DNA from: Felixounavirus NRG857CP1
Reading direction: 5' to 3' (one strand)
Sequence record: OZ035806.1
DNA: 64,000 nt
Positions 35,825 through 45,442 of the stretch are shown one piece after another; position 1 is the first letter of the stretch, and every line of letters begins with the position of its first letter. Made by a program: the position numbers and the translations under genes. A model generated the notes under the pieces. It saw only the letters and a program-made list of their open reading frames with translations. It did no database searches and was not told where the DNA came from.

Positions 35825-37802
35825 AGGTCGTAAATTGAAAGAGGCTGGTCAGTTTGTTGGTCATTGCGCATGTCCACGTTGTGGTTCATCAGATGCTGGT
35901 TCAATCTATCACCATGACGATGATTCTTATTCAATGACTTGCTTTAGTTGTAACAAAGGTTTCCCAGAGTGGGATTTTGATAAAGGACAAATCGTGAGCA
36001 CTTATTCTACTGGTTCAGACAATAAAAACCGTACTTTCCGTGGAATGGATTTAGACGATGTGAAAGAAAACCTTGAAGCAATGGACTTAAAGGACAGGAA
36101 GATTCCTGCAAAAGTTCTTGAGCGTTTGGGTATCAAGGTTGACATTGACAGTGACGGTGAAATTGACGCACATTTCTACCCAACTTACAAACGTAATGAA
36201 GATGGTAAGCTAGAACATGTTGGCTACCGTGTTCGTCACCGTTATCCCGAAGACCATCCAAAAGAACACCTACGTGGTAAGCTAAAAGATTTCTCAGGTG
36301 GTGTTGGAGACATTAAAGGTGAACTGGCAATGTTCGGTTCATGGATTGCTCCAGAAGGTGGTAACCGTCTATTCATCTGGGAAGGTGAGATGGAATGTGC
36401 GACAGCAATCTATATGACTTCTCTTGCGATTAAGGACAAGTCTCGTCGTAAGAATTACTGTCACGTATCTGTCCCATCAGGTGCAAACATTAAGTCTATC
36501 AAAGACAACTATCAGTACATCACATCATTTGATGAGATTTACTTGTGCTTTGATAACGATGAAGCAGGTGCTAAAGCTACCAAAGAGGCTGCTGGTATCC
36601 TACCTATTGAGAAGGTTCGTTTATTCCAGTATCCAGAGGGTGTAAAAGACCTTAACGAATGGTGGACAAAGTTCTATAAAGAGAAAGATACAGTTCTTGA
36701 AGGGTTTAAGCAGCGTATATACAATGCACCCCGTTACTGTCCTGCTGGTATCAAGAACTTCGCAGATGGTTTTGAGGCAATGAAGAATCGTGGTCAGATT
36801 CCATTGATTCCTTTCCCAGAATCATTCGGAGATTTGAACAGACTGACTTATGGTGGTTATGGACTAGGTGAGATTACAACTCTGGCAGCACCATCTTCAG
36901 TAGGTAAGTCAGCTTACACTCGTGAGATGATTTATTCAGCTTGGAAGGAAACCGATTACAATATTGGTGTAATTCCTGTAGAAGATACCTACGAAGAGTT
37001 GATGGAGATGCTCTGTGCAATCCACCTGAGTAAGCAGATTTCCGAGATTCCTTATGACGAACGTGATTGGGATGAATTAAAGGAAGCACACGCAGAACTA
37101 TCTAAAGGTCGTCGTATCCATATCGTTGACCATCAAGGGGCAATTGACCAAGATAACCTGCTGGAGTTTGTTGACTATCTTGTTAATAGTTTAGACTGTA
37201 AGATTATTATTCTTGACCCTATTACGTTGGCTCTGTCACGTTCTGATACGGATGAAGAGGAAGTATTGTCTGAACTATTGCGTCGTTGCAAACGCTACCA
37301 GTATGCACAGGTAAACGTCTGTCACGTTCGTAAGAGTGCAGGTGGTCAGAAGGCTAACTCTGAAGGTGGGGATATCTCTGAAGAGGATATTAAAGGCTCT
37401 GGTGCGTATTTCCAGATTTCTATGAACAACATTCTGTTAATGCGTAACAAGGTTGACCCAGACCCTGTTAAGAAAAACTTGACAAAAATCAAGCTAACTA
37501 AATGTCGCCGTCACGGTAAGTCAACGGGTATTGCTGGTCATACTTGGTACAATCCAGATACAGGACGCCTCATCAAAGCATCTGGTTGCGGAGTTGACAT
37601 TGATGGTGCAGCAGAAAATATTCGCCAACAGTTTGGTATTGGTGAAGCTGAAGACCATTACGATGACTCTTTACCACATTATGAGGATGAAGTGTTTGAC
37701 CGTGAGACTGGTGAAGTTTATACTGAAGAGCATCGTCAAAGCTCAACGATTCCACCTGTATTAAGTGAGGATGCAGATGACTGCCCATTCGAAACTGAGT
37801 GA
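35811..37802 (+). CDS. bifunctional DNA primase-helicase (T7 gp4-like)
   Basis: N-terminal zinc ribbon CPRCGSSD...CFSCNKGF; central TOPRIM-like region; C-terminal DnaB-type Walker A APSSVGKSAY and acidic tail. Confidence 0.8.
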   Translation: MLMSKGRKLKEAGQFVGHCACPRCGSSDAGSIYHHDDDSYSMTCFSCNKGFPEWDFDKGQIVSTYSTGSDNKNRTFRGMDLDDVKENLEAMDLKDRKIPAKVLERLGIKVDIDSDGEIDAHFYPTYKRNEDGKLEHVGYRVRHRYPEDHPKEHLRGKLKDFSGGVGDIKGELAMFGSWIAPEGGNRLFIWEGEMECATAIYMTSLAIKDKSRRKNYCHVSVPSGANIKSIKDNYQYITSFDEIYLCFDNDEAGAKATKEAAGILPIEKVRLFQYPEGVKDLNEWWTKFYKEKDTVLEGFKQRIYNAPRYCPAGIKNFADGFEAMKNRGQIPLIPFPESFGDLNRLTYGGYGLGEITTLAAPSSVGKSAYTREMIYSAWKETDYNIGVIPVEDTYEELMEMLCAIHLSKQISEIPYDERDWDELKEAHAELSKGRRIHIVDHQGAIDQDNLLEFVDYLVNSLDCKIIILDPITLALSRSDTDEEEVLSELLRRCKRYQYAQVNVCHVRKSAGGQKANSEGGDISEEDIKGSGAYFQISMNNILLMRNKVDPDPVKKNLTKIKLTKCRRHGKSTGIAGHTWYNPDTGRLIKASGCGVDIDGAAENIRQQFGIGEAEDHYDDSLPHYEDEVFDRETGEVYTEEHRQSSTIPPVLSEDADDCPFETE

Positions 37803-38058
37803 TAGTTATAAAAGAGAGGGGTTCACACCCTTCTTTGAAGAAAAAAGTTTAAATAAATTTCAGGAAGAGTGTTTGACAAAGATTGATAGGTTCTATAGAA
37901 TGCTCCTTATGAAATGCGATGGGGAAGTTGAGATAAAAGAAGATTTCCACCAAAGCATGATTACAGTCATCATTGCGCTACCTCAGCATAATATTAGCTG
38001 GCTGTTTATAATTAAAGAAAATGTGTTTGAATATCAAGTATATCGGAGAATATCATGA
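37765..38058 (+). CDS. hypothetical protein (uncertain)
   Basis: 97 aa ORF overlapping the primase-helicase 3' end. Confidence 0.25.
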   Translation: MRMQMTAHSKLSDSYKREGFTPFFEEKSLNKFQEECLTKIDRFYRMLLMKCDGEVEIKEDFHQSMITVIIALPQHNISWLFIIKENVFEYQVYRRIS

Positions 38059-38204
38059 AACACTCTAAAGCATTTGAAAAAGTTTTTGGGGATTCCTTAA
38101 AAGCCACTGCTGGAAAACCAGCAAAATACTATGAAGAGAAACGTGTAAGAACTGGAAAAACTGCACGTAAAGCAGCTTCTAAAGATAAGCACAACTTCCA
38201 GTAA
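38055..38204 (+). CDS. small basic protein (49 aa, below ORF-track cutoff)
   Basis: ATG at 38055 preceded by GGAGA; translates to MKHSKAFEKVFGDSLKATAGKPAKYYEEKRVRTGKTARKAASKDKHNFQ. Confidence 0.3.
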   Translation: MKHSKAFEKVFGDSLKATAGKPAKYYEEKRVRTGKTARKAASKDKHNFQ

Positions 38205-38211
38205 TTAGTAT

Positions 38212-38240
38212 TTGACAATAGAGTATCAACAAATTAGAAT
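38212..38240 (+). promoter_or_regulatory. sigma70-like promoter candidate (TTGACA-17-TAGAAT)
   Basis: -35 ttgaca 38212-38217, 17-nt spacer, -10 tagaat 38235-38240, upstream of ORF 38277. Confidence 0.45.
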
Positions 38241-38276
38241 TGGTACTCTTCATAAATTGAGATAGAGGTTTAAATA

Positions 38277-39134
38277 ATGTCTAAAGTTGTTAAAATGAAA
38301 GCTCCGGTAGAGAAGTACAACGGTACTGAACGTCAAACTCTGCGTTACCTGCTGAAAGATGTCTGGTTTTATTACCTGAACACTTCACCACGTCCGGGAA
38401 AAGGTAAGTCTATTGATAAGAAATTCCCAGGAAAAGATTGTAACTACAGTGTGTCAATTCTGGCAGAAGATGGTAACAAGCTGTTTAAAGAGTTTACTAA
38501 GTCTAAGAAAAACCCAGAAGGTTGGGATAAAGTTACTACTGAAGCAGTTGATGCAGATGACTTCGAAGAGAAGTTTGGTTGTAAACCACCTTTTGAAGCA
38601 GACACTTACTACATCTTGAAAGTAAGTCGTGCAGCAGCTTATAAAGATGGTGCTGTATGGACAGCTAAACAGTCATTCCCTGTAATGCTGATTGAAGAAG
38701 TAAATGGTAAGCGTGTAGCTGTTAAGCAGCCGATGAAGAAAATCAAAGCTCAAGCATCTGATAAACATGAAGATGACAAGAACTATGATGTAATCCATCC
38801 AGATATTGCAGTTGGTAACGGTTCTTTTGGTAGTGTGATTCTTTCTACTCACTTCTACACTTTTGAGAACAATGTTCTGACAAAACCTATTCAGGAACAG
38901 TTTATCATTGATACTCTTGTACCTTACACTGGTGGTAACGGTGCTAATGGCGAGCCTGAACTGGATGAAGATGAACTGGCTATGCTTGGTCTTGATGGTG
39001 TTGAAGATAACGGTGAAATCACTGAAGAAGACGCAACAGACCATAAACCTTCGAATGCTTCTGATGATGGTGATGATGAAGATTTACCAGACCCAGATGA
39101 CGAAGAAGATGAAGACTTCGATACAGAAGACTAA
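38277..39134 (+). CDS. single-stranded DNA-binding protein-like (acidic C-terminal tail)
   Basis: 285 aa; very acidic C-terminus DDGDDEDLPDPDDEEDEDFDTED as in phage SSBs; own promoter and terminator; assignment by features and context. Confidence 0.4.
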   Translation: MSKVVKMKAPVEKYNGTERQTLRYLLKDVWFYYLNTSPRPGKGKSIDKKFPGKDCNYSVSILAEDGNKLFKEFTKSKKNPEGWDKVTTEAVDADDFEEKFGCKPPFEADTYYILKVSRAAAYKDGAVWTAKQSFPVMLIEEVNGKRVAVKQPMKKIKAQASDKHEDDKNYDVIHPDIAVGNGSFGSVILSTHFYTFENNVLTKPIQEQFIIDTLVPYTGGNGANGEPELDEDELAMLGLDGVEDNGEITEEDATDHKPSNASDDGDDEDLPDPDDEEDEDFDTED

Positions 39135-39152
39135 TCTCTAAAAGTTACTTTA

Positions 39153-39181
39153 AAGCCCCATACTAAGTACAGGGCTTTTTC
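39153..39181 (+). terminator. intrinsic terminator candidate
   Basis: stem aagccc / gggctt with 13-nt loop, then ttttt. Confidence 0.45.
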
Positions 39182-39196
39182 ATATGGAGAGCCATA

Positions 39197-40243
39197 ATGG
39201 AGAAGTACACATTAACAAAACTTCCCGATTCAGTTACACATGTTTTTATTGACTCTGACAGTATTGCCTATAAAGGTGCTTGTGTAGTTGAGAAAGCAAA
39301 ATATAAATATGTCAATAAACTCACAGCAGAAGAATCTGAACCATTTGATAATGCGAAAGATGCTGCAAGATGGTTAGCAGACCAGAGAATCCTTGTGGAA
39401 GAACTTGGCCTGACATTTGATGAAGATGAATGGGAAAGACAGACTTGGAAAGAAGCTAAGAGTGAAAAAGAAGCTATCATGGCTACTCAACAGGTTCTTC
39501 AGGAATGGCTTAAGGTTGTTGGTAAAGAGAGAACTTGGGTAGGTTACTTAACAGAGAAAGGTGTGCATAAACATAAAGACATTAAAGGTCTTGAGCACCA
39601 ATATCAAGGTAACCGTAAAGATGCTGTCACACCAACACACTTAGTTGCTTGTCGTGAATATCTTCTGTCAAGACCAGAGTTCAAACTCTTAAGGGGAGGC
39701 TTCGAAGCCGATTCAATCGTAATTGCTAAAGCTGAAAAGATGGGTAAGAAAGCTGCTCTTATGAGTATTGACAAAGACCTTCGACAAGCTGAAGGGACTT
39801 ATTGTATTGATATGACTTATGAAAAATCACCACTAATTTTTATCGCTGATAATAATGTTGGTAATATCTGGGATTGCCCTATCAAATCAAAACCAAAAGC
39901 TGCAAAAACAGTTGGTGTAGGTTTTAAATTCTTGTGTTATCAGGCTGTTGCTGGAGATAATGCAGACAACTACTTCGGCCTAAAAGGTGCTGGTAAAGTA
40001 GCTGTGATGAATGCTTTAGAGGGTAAAGAGACCTACAAAGAGTGTCTTGACGCTATCTATGAACTTTATGCTAAAAAAGACTCTTATACCTATGTGTCAT
40101 GGGATGGACAGACCGTTACAAAGACGCCGTTAGAGTTAATGGAACAGCATTTCTTCCTAGCTTATCAAGAGCGAAATAAATCAGATATTTTTTCATTTGA
40201 AAAGTATGGTTGGACTCCAAATGTTGACTCAGCAGATACTTAA
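39197..40243 (+). CDS. 5'-3' exonuclease / flap endonuclease (FEN-like)
   Basis: N-terminal VFIDSDSIAYKGA (cf. IDG-S-A-R of 5' nucleases), YQGNRKD, helix-hairpin-helix-like FGLKGAGKVAVMNAL; complements a polymerase lacking a 5' nuclease domain. Confidence 0.55.
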   Translation: MEKYTLTKLPDSVTHVFIDSDSIAYKGACVVEKAKYKYVNKLTAEESEPFDNAKDAARWLADQRILVEELGLTFDEDEWERQTWKEAKSEKEAIMATQQVLQEWLKVVGKERTWVGYLTEKGVHKHKDIKGLEHQYQGNRKDAVTPTHLVACREYLLSRPEFKLLRGGFEADSIVIAKAEKMGKKAALMSIDKDLRQAEGTYCIDMTYEKSPLIFIADNNVGNIWDCPIKSKPKAAKTVGVGFKFLCYQAVAGDNADNYFGLKGAGKVAVMNALEGKETYKECLDAIYELYAKKDSYTYVSWDGQTVTKTPLELMEQHFFLAYQERNKSDIFSFEKYGWTPNVDSADT

Positions 40244-40721
40244 AGAATATCTACACTATGACCCCGAAACAGGGGTCTTTACGTGGATAAAGAAATCAGC
40301 TAAAAGAACAGTTATAGGTTCCATTGCAGGTACACCACATAAGCGAGGTTATATTAGGATAAAAATTAAAAGAAAACCCTATATGGCTCATGATTTAGCA
40401 ATCCTGTACACAGACGGTTTCCTACCTAACAGAGTAGACCATCGAAATGGTATTACTAATGATAATCGGAGATTAAATCTAAGGGTTTGCACACAAGCTG
40501 AAAACTCTTGGAATAGAAGAACACACTCCAACAACACATCTGGAGTTAAGGGTGTATCTTTCTATAAGGCTAACCAAAAATGGAAGGCCAGAGTTATGAC
40601 ACACGGAGTATCTCACTTTCTGGGGTATTTTGACAGTATTGAAGATGCCAAAGATGCAGTCACAAAGAAAAGAGAAGAACTACATAAAGAGTTTTCAAAT
40701 CACGGAGAAGCTTATGAATGA
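40197..40721 (+). CDS. HNH homing endonuclease with AP2-like domain
   Basis: VDHRNGITNDNRRLNLRVCTQAEN HNH core; C-terminal GVKGVSFYKANQKWKARVMTHGVSHFLGYFDSIEDA; N-terminal YDPETGVFTW shared with 30106-30657. Confidence 0.7.
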   Translation: MKSMVGLQMLTQQILKEYLHYDPETGVFTWIKKSAKRTVIGSIAGTPHKRGYIRIKIKRKPYMAHDLAILYTDGFLPNRVDHRNGITNDNRRLNLRVCTQAENSWNRRTHSNNTSGVKGVSFYKANQKWKARVMTHGVSHFLGYFDSIEDAKDAVTKKREELHKEFSNHGEAYE

Positions 40722-41215
40722 AGATTAAAGGATTTGGCAATTGCCCTACCTACGGTCATTGGGTATCTTTATGTGGGGAAGTTGACCCCACTAAACATTT
40801 TGGCTTTGTCTATTTAGTGCACTGTAAGAAGACTGGACAATATTATATCGGAAAGAAACAGTTTAACAGTGTGACCAAAAGAAAAGTTGCTGGGAAGACT
40901 CGGAAGAAGATAGTCACTAAGGAAAGTGATTGGATGACTTATGAGACTTCTTCTGAGTATATTAAAAAAGATATTGAGAGTTTTGGAAAAGAATTTTTTG
41001 ACTTTTACATTATTCAGACCTACTACACAAAAGGTGGCCTAGTCTATGGTGAAGCAAACCTTCAACATAAATTCGATGTAATGACAAAAAGGATTGACTC
41101 TAAGCTCAGACTCTTCTACAATGCCAATATTGCAGCAATTAAGTTTATCACTAAAGAAACTTATGAAGATGCTGAAAAAAGAATCCATAAGGTAATGAAA
41201 GCAAATTGTGCTTGA
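40718..41215 (+). CDS. GIY-YIG-like endonuclease (putative)
   Basis: N-terminal FGFVYLVHCKKTGQYYIGKK resembles the GIY...YIG motif; basic; immediately follows the HNH gene. Confidence 0.4.
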   Translation: MKIKGFGNCPTYGHWVSLCGEVDPTKHFGFVYLVHCKKTGQYYIGKKQFNSVTKRKVAGKTRKKIVTKESDWMTYETSSEYIKKDIESFGKEFFDFYIIQTYYTKGGLVYGEANLQHKFDVMTKRIDSKLRLFYNANIAAIKFITKETYEDAEKRIHKVMKANCA

Positions 41216-41221
41216 TAACTA

Positions 41222-41485
41222 TTGAGAGAGAATAAAATGTTTAACAAAAGTAAAGCTGTGAGTCATGTAGCAAAAGTTGACAGCAAGATTGAAGAACTTG
41301 AGCGCATCCTTGCAAATGCTAGAGAGTCAATAATTAAAGAAGTTGAAGCTGTTGAGTCTCAAATGCAGCACCTAATGCTTAAACGTCAAGAGCTACGTGA
41401 ACATCTAGAATATATTGAAACACGAGAGCTAAAGGTTAACAAATATTTTAAGGAGTCCGAATGTTTAACTCAAGAGAATCAGTAA
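41222..41485 (+). CDS. hypothetical coiled-coil protein
   Basis: 87 aa ORF; likely start at ATG 41237. Confidence 0.3.
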   Translation: MRENKMFNKSKAVSHVAKVDSKIEELERILANARESIIKEVEAVESQMQHLMLKRQELREHLEYIETRELKVNKYFKESECLTQENQ

Positions 41486-42216
41486 AAAACTGGAACCTTC
41501 GTTGTGGAAACACTCAAAAGCAACCTTACAGTGATGAGTATTGGGAATCTTTAAAATCTCAATCTCTGTGTATGCTTGAAGAAGCAAAAGAGCTTGTAAA
41601 AGCAATTGAAGAGAAAGACCCCATTGAGACACTGGATGCTCAGGCAGATTTGCAATATGTTCTTGACGGTTTGATTTATCTGTCACAACATGACCATAAC
41701 GGTGCTATGAAAGCTGTTTGCCATAATAATGACCTGAAGTACACAGATAACTATGAAGAAGCTTTAAAACGTCTTGCAGACATTGAAAAGCGTACTGGTC
41801 AAGAGTGTATTATCAGAATGTCAGTAGTTGATGGTAAAGAGTGGTATGCTATTGTTCGTGCAGCCGATGGGAAGATTATGAAGCAATCAAATCTCCCTAA
41901 AGTACAGCTTGGTGAATACATTGTAGAACTTGAAAGCCAAGAACTTTTTGTGGTAGTATCTGAGACATGCGTTATTTGCAAAGGTATTGTAGGTAGCTTA
42001 AAGGATTTGGGTGTAGATGGTTTTGTAGAAGTTAATCCAATTACCTCTAAAGCAGATAAAGACTTCTGTAAAGAGAACGGACTATGGATTGCAGATATTG
42101 TCTACTATGATGGTGAGCAGTTCCATGTAACCTCATACCCGAAACTGAATTATGATGCTAATAACCTGAAGTGCTGGTTAAAAGGGGTTGGTTATAATGG
42201 ATTCACAGAACATTAA
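41461..42216 (+). CDS. MazG-like nucleotide pyrophosphohydrolase domain protein (putative)
   Basis: LEEAKELVKAIEEKDPIETLDAQADLQYVLDGLIYL fits the E-E-x-x-E...D-x-x-D MazG/all-alpha NTP-PPase pattern. Confidence 0.4.
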   Translation: MFNSRESVKNWNLRCGNTQKQPYSDEYWESLKSQSLCMLEEAKELVKAIEEKDPIETLDAQADLQYVLDGLIYLSQHDHNGAMKAVCHNNDLKYTDNYEEALKRLADIEKRTGQECIIRMSVVDGKEWYAIVRAADGKIMKQSNLPKVQLGEYIVELESQELFVVVSETCVICKGIVGSLKDLGVDGFVEVNPITSKADKDFCKENGLWIADIVYYDGEQFHVTSYPKLNYDANNLKCWLKGVGYNGFTEH

Positions 42217-42520
42217 TAAAGAGGGTGTGGCTCAGAAGAGCCACTTCTCAAACTACAATATTTCTATGACGGTGTTTATGAATGACCCGTTACTAGAAAA
42301 ATATGGTGAGACTCCAGATACACTTCTGGACAATGAACAAGTTTTAAAAGCAGTCCTGTACAAATACGGTATTGATATTGAGAAAGAGTATTCTTTTGAA
42401 ATCTGCCAACACAGAAACACTTTTGGTAAAGTTGTGATGGCTCCACTCTTTATGGGCGTAGAAAGGACTGACTATGGCTGGTTGTATCTGAAAAGAAACT
42501 TGGAGAAATACCGTGTCTAA
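42188..42520 (+). CDS. hypothetical protein
   Basis: 110 aa ORF. Confidence 0.3.
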   Translation: MVIMDSQNINKEGVAQKSHFSNYNISMTVFMNDPLLEKYGETPDTLLDNEQVLKAVLYKYGIDIEKEYSFEICQHRNTFGKVVMAPLFMGVERTDYGWLYLKRNLEKYRV

Positions 42521-42848
42521 AGCAAAAAAGCTATCTTATGATGACATTATCTCAGGTGCTAAGTTAGGTGTTGATAGTATCGGACAAGATGTTAAGCACG
42601 GAGACACAGTCATGTACTGTGATGACCGAAGAGGTAGAAGTGCAATCTTGTTTGGAAGAATTGTTTGCAAGATGAGAGGTAATTACGTTGTTGCAGACAT
42701 GGATGTGAACGTTACACAAAAACTTGAAACAATTATGGATGCTAGCGCACCATCATGGTTCCTAAATTGTATGCACACCTCGTCAGTCACAAAAGTAAGT
42801 GATAAGTTTTACGATATGTGGCAGAATGAGCAAATTTTCAAGATTTAA
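42513..42848 (+). CDS. hypothetical protein
   Basis: 111 aa ORF followed by strong terminator. Confidence 0.35.
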   Translation: MSKAKKLSYDDIISGAKLGVDSIGQDVKHGDTVMYCDDRRGRSAILFGRIVCKMRGNYVVADMDVNVTQKLETIMDASAPSWFLNCMHTSSVTKVSDKFYDMWQNEQIFKI

Positions 42849-42854
42849 ACTATG

Positions 42855-42877
42855 GAGCCTCTTCGGAGGCTCTTTTC
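42855..42877 (+). terminator. intrinsic terminator
   Basis: perfect stem gagcctc / gaggctc with ttcg loop, then tttt. Confidence 0.65.
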
Positions 42878-42894
42878 ATCTGTAGGATTCAAAA

Positions 42895-45129
42895 ATGATT
42901 AAGACAATTAAAAAATCAAACGGTACAGTAGTAAGCTTTGACCCAGAAAGACTGAATAAGTGGGCATCATGGGCAGATAAACGTGGGATTATCTGGTCAG
43001 AAGTCACTATGGAAGCCATGAAACGTGTCTATGAGGGTTGCACTACAAAAGAGATGCACCAAGCCATGATTGATGTTTGTGTTGATAAACAAACTCAAGA
43101 GTACTCAGATATGGCTGGACGACTGCTTTTGGGTATTATCTACAAAGAAGCCTTTGGAGGCTTTACTAAGGTTCCTACGCTGGTTACCTTCGTTAAAAAT
43201 ATGGAGAGAGCAGGACTTTGGGAGAAGATGGATTATTCACAGGAAGAGCTTGAATACCTGCAAGGTTACATCGTACACTCAAAAGATATCTCTTACGGTT
43301 ATGCAGTCTTGAAACAGTTCAGAGACAAGTATGGTATCCGTGATATTAAAACAGGAAGACTTTTTGAGTCACCACAATTTATGTTTATGGGTATGGCTAT
43401 GAAAGCCTTTGAGAAGCAACCAAAGCACCGTAGACTGCAAGATGTTATCAAGCTGTACACTTACCTATCTGACCTGAAGATTAATGCTCCTACGCCTTAT
43501 TTAAATGGTTTAAGAGCTACTAAATCAGGTTATGCGTCATGCTGTTTGATTAAGGCGAATGATACTGCTGAATCTCTAGGTATTGCTGCAAAGGTTGCCT
43601 ATGACATGACCACAAAGCAAGCTGGTATTGGGATGCTGATGGAGACTCGCACTATTGGTGATGGCATCCGTCAAAATACTATTGAACACATGGGTAAGCT
43701 GCCTTATTATAAGCTTGTACGTTCATCTGTAGAGGCAAACAAACAGAAGAGTCGTGGTGGTTCAGCTAATAACTTCTACACTGCTCTAGACCCGCAGATT
43801 GAAGATTTACTGCGTTTGAAGCACCCTACAACGGTTCCTTCTAAACGTATTAATGAGATGGACTACTCATTCGGCACAAACGATTATTTCTGGCAGTGTG
43901 TTCAGTATGATACAGATTGGTTGCTATTCTCTTACAAAGATGCACCAAAACTCTATGACATGTTCTACACAGCATCTGCTGATGAGTTTGCTATGGCAGT
44001 TGGTCACGCAGTACATTCAGGAGTTAAGCACAGACGAGTAAAGGCTCGTGAAATTGCTAAGCTGTTTATTCAACAGCGTTATGCTACAGGTCGTGTGTAT
44101 CCATTCTTCACTAACAATGCAAACACGCATACACCATTTAAAGAGTCATTGAAGATGTCAAATCTTTGTATGGAAATTGTGTTGCCAGTGTATGGTTTTG
44201 AGAAAGAGACAGACCTTTACAGAGATGATGCTGTGAAAGAGGATGGTGAGGTGGCTCTTTGCTTCCTAGCTAGTTTGGTTGCAGGGAGAATTTCAGAAGA
44301 TGAATACGCTGACGTTGCTTATTATGCTCTTGCAATGGTTGACTCCGTTATTGACCTTATGGATTATCCGTATCCGTCGATGCGTAACCATGTTCAGAAG
44401 CGTCGTTCTGTTGGGATTGGCCTTACAAATGTGGCTCATTACCTTGCGAAGAACTACGTGAACTACTCTTCACGAGCAGGTAAAACGAAGCTTCATGAGC
44501 TTGCTGAAATGCACTCTTACTATCTGCATGAAGCCTCTCTGAGACTTGCTAAAGAGCGTGGTGTTCCAGAGTACATGAAGTTCACTAAGTATCCTGAAGG
44601 CTGGGTTCCTCCAAAGACAGCTAACAAGAAGATTGATGAAAAGCATGATGCAAAACTAAGATATGATTGGGATGACTTAGCACAACGTATCAAAGAGAAT
44701 GGTGGAATCCGAAACTCTGTATTAGAAGCTTACATGCCTAATGAGAGTTCTTCACTAGCAACTAATACGACAAATGGCTTGTACCCAATTCGTGACTTTA
44801 TTTTAACTAAAAAATCTGCAACTGGTAACGTACTGTTTATTGTTCCAGATTATGAAGAGTTGAAGTATGTTTATGAAATTGCTTGGGATATTGACACCTT
44901 TGATATGATTGATTGTTATGCAATTGTTCAAAAGTTCACTGGTCAAGCTATTTCTTCAGACTTCTATGTTGACTATGCAAAGTCTAAGAAGGTATCATTG
45001 GCTCAAGCTTTGAAGTACATGATTTATGCCAACTCAGTTGGTATGAAAACCATGTACTACCTTAACAGTCGCATTGGTGTAGGTAAATCTGCACTGCAAG
45101 ATGCTTATTGCGAGGGTTGTGGTGTTTAG
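42895..45129 (+). CDS. nrdA: ribonucleoside-diphosphate reductase, class Ia, alpha subunit
   Basis: 744 aa; N-terminal ATP-cone-like region; C-terminal CEGCGV redox cysteines; directly upstream of nrdB. Confidence 0.9.
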   Translation: MIKTIKKSNGTVVSFDPERLNKWASWADKRGIIWSEVTMEAMKRVYEGCTTKEMHQAMIDVCVDKQTQEYSDMAGRLLLGIIYKEAFGGFTKVPTLVTFVKNMERAGLWEKMDYSQEELEYLQGYIVHSKDISYGYAVLKQFRDKYGIRDIKTGRLFESPQFMFMGMAMKAFEKQPKHRRLQDVIKLYTYLSDLKINAPTPYLNGLRATKSGYASCCLIKANDTAESLGIAAKVAYDMTTKQAGIGMLMETRTIGDGIRQNTIEHMGKLPYYKLVRSSVEANKQKSRGGSANNFYTALDPQIEDLLRLKHPTTVPSKRINEMDYSFGTNDYFWQCVQYDTDWLLFSYKDAPKLYDMFYTASADEFAMAVGHAVHSGVKHRRVKAREIAKLFIQQRYATGRVYPFFTNNANTHTPFKESLKMSNLCMEIVLPVYGFEKETDLYRDDAVKEDGEVALCFLASLVAGRISEDEYADVAYYALAMVDSVIDLMDYPYPSMRNHVQKRRSVGIGLTNVAHYLAKNYVNYSSRAGKTKLHELAEMHSYYLHEASLRLAKERGVPEYMKFTKYPEGWVPPKTANKKIDEKHDAKLRYDWDDLAQRIKENGGIRNSVLEAYMPNESSSLATNTTNGLYPIRDFILTKKSATGNVLFIVPDYEELKYVYEIAWDIDTFDMIDCYAIVQKFTGQAISSDFYVDYAKSKKVSLAQALKYMIYANSVGMKTMYYLNSRIGVGKSALQDAYCEGCGV

Positions 45130-45184
45130 TTTTAATAACTATGAGGGTCGTAAAAGACCCTCTAAAAATAACTTTGGAGAGACC

Positions 45185-45442
45185 ATGAAAGATTTAATAG
45201 AAAAACATGAGCGACCTATATACTTGCTCCACAAGCCTCGGAAAACGATGTACTATGTGAGTAGTACAGATATGATGATAAAACAAAAGGATGACTCATG
45301 GGTTGCTGGTATCTCTTACATCTCCACAGTAGATGGTAAAATCTATGCAAGACCTTATGAGATGTTTAACAAAGAAAATTGGGAAGTTTTAGACAGAAAA
45401 CAAGCCTCAGAAATGATAAAGAAAGGAGAAATCACACTATGA
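45185..45442 (+). CDS. hypothetical protein
   Basis: ORF between nrdA and nrdB; start set at internal ATG 45185 to avoid overlap with nrdA (ORF open to 45101). Confidence 0.3.
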   Translation: MKDLIEKHERPIYLLHKPRKTMYYVSSTDMMIKQKDDSWVAGISYISTVDGKIYARPYEMFNKENWEVLDRKQASEMIKKGEITL

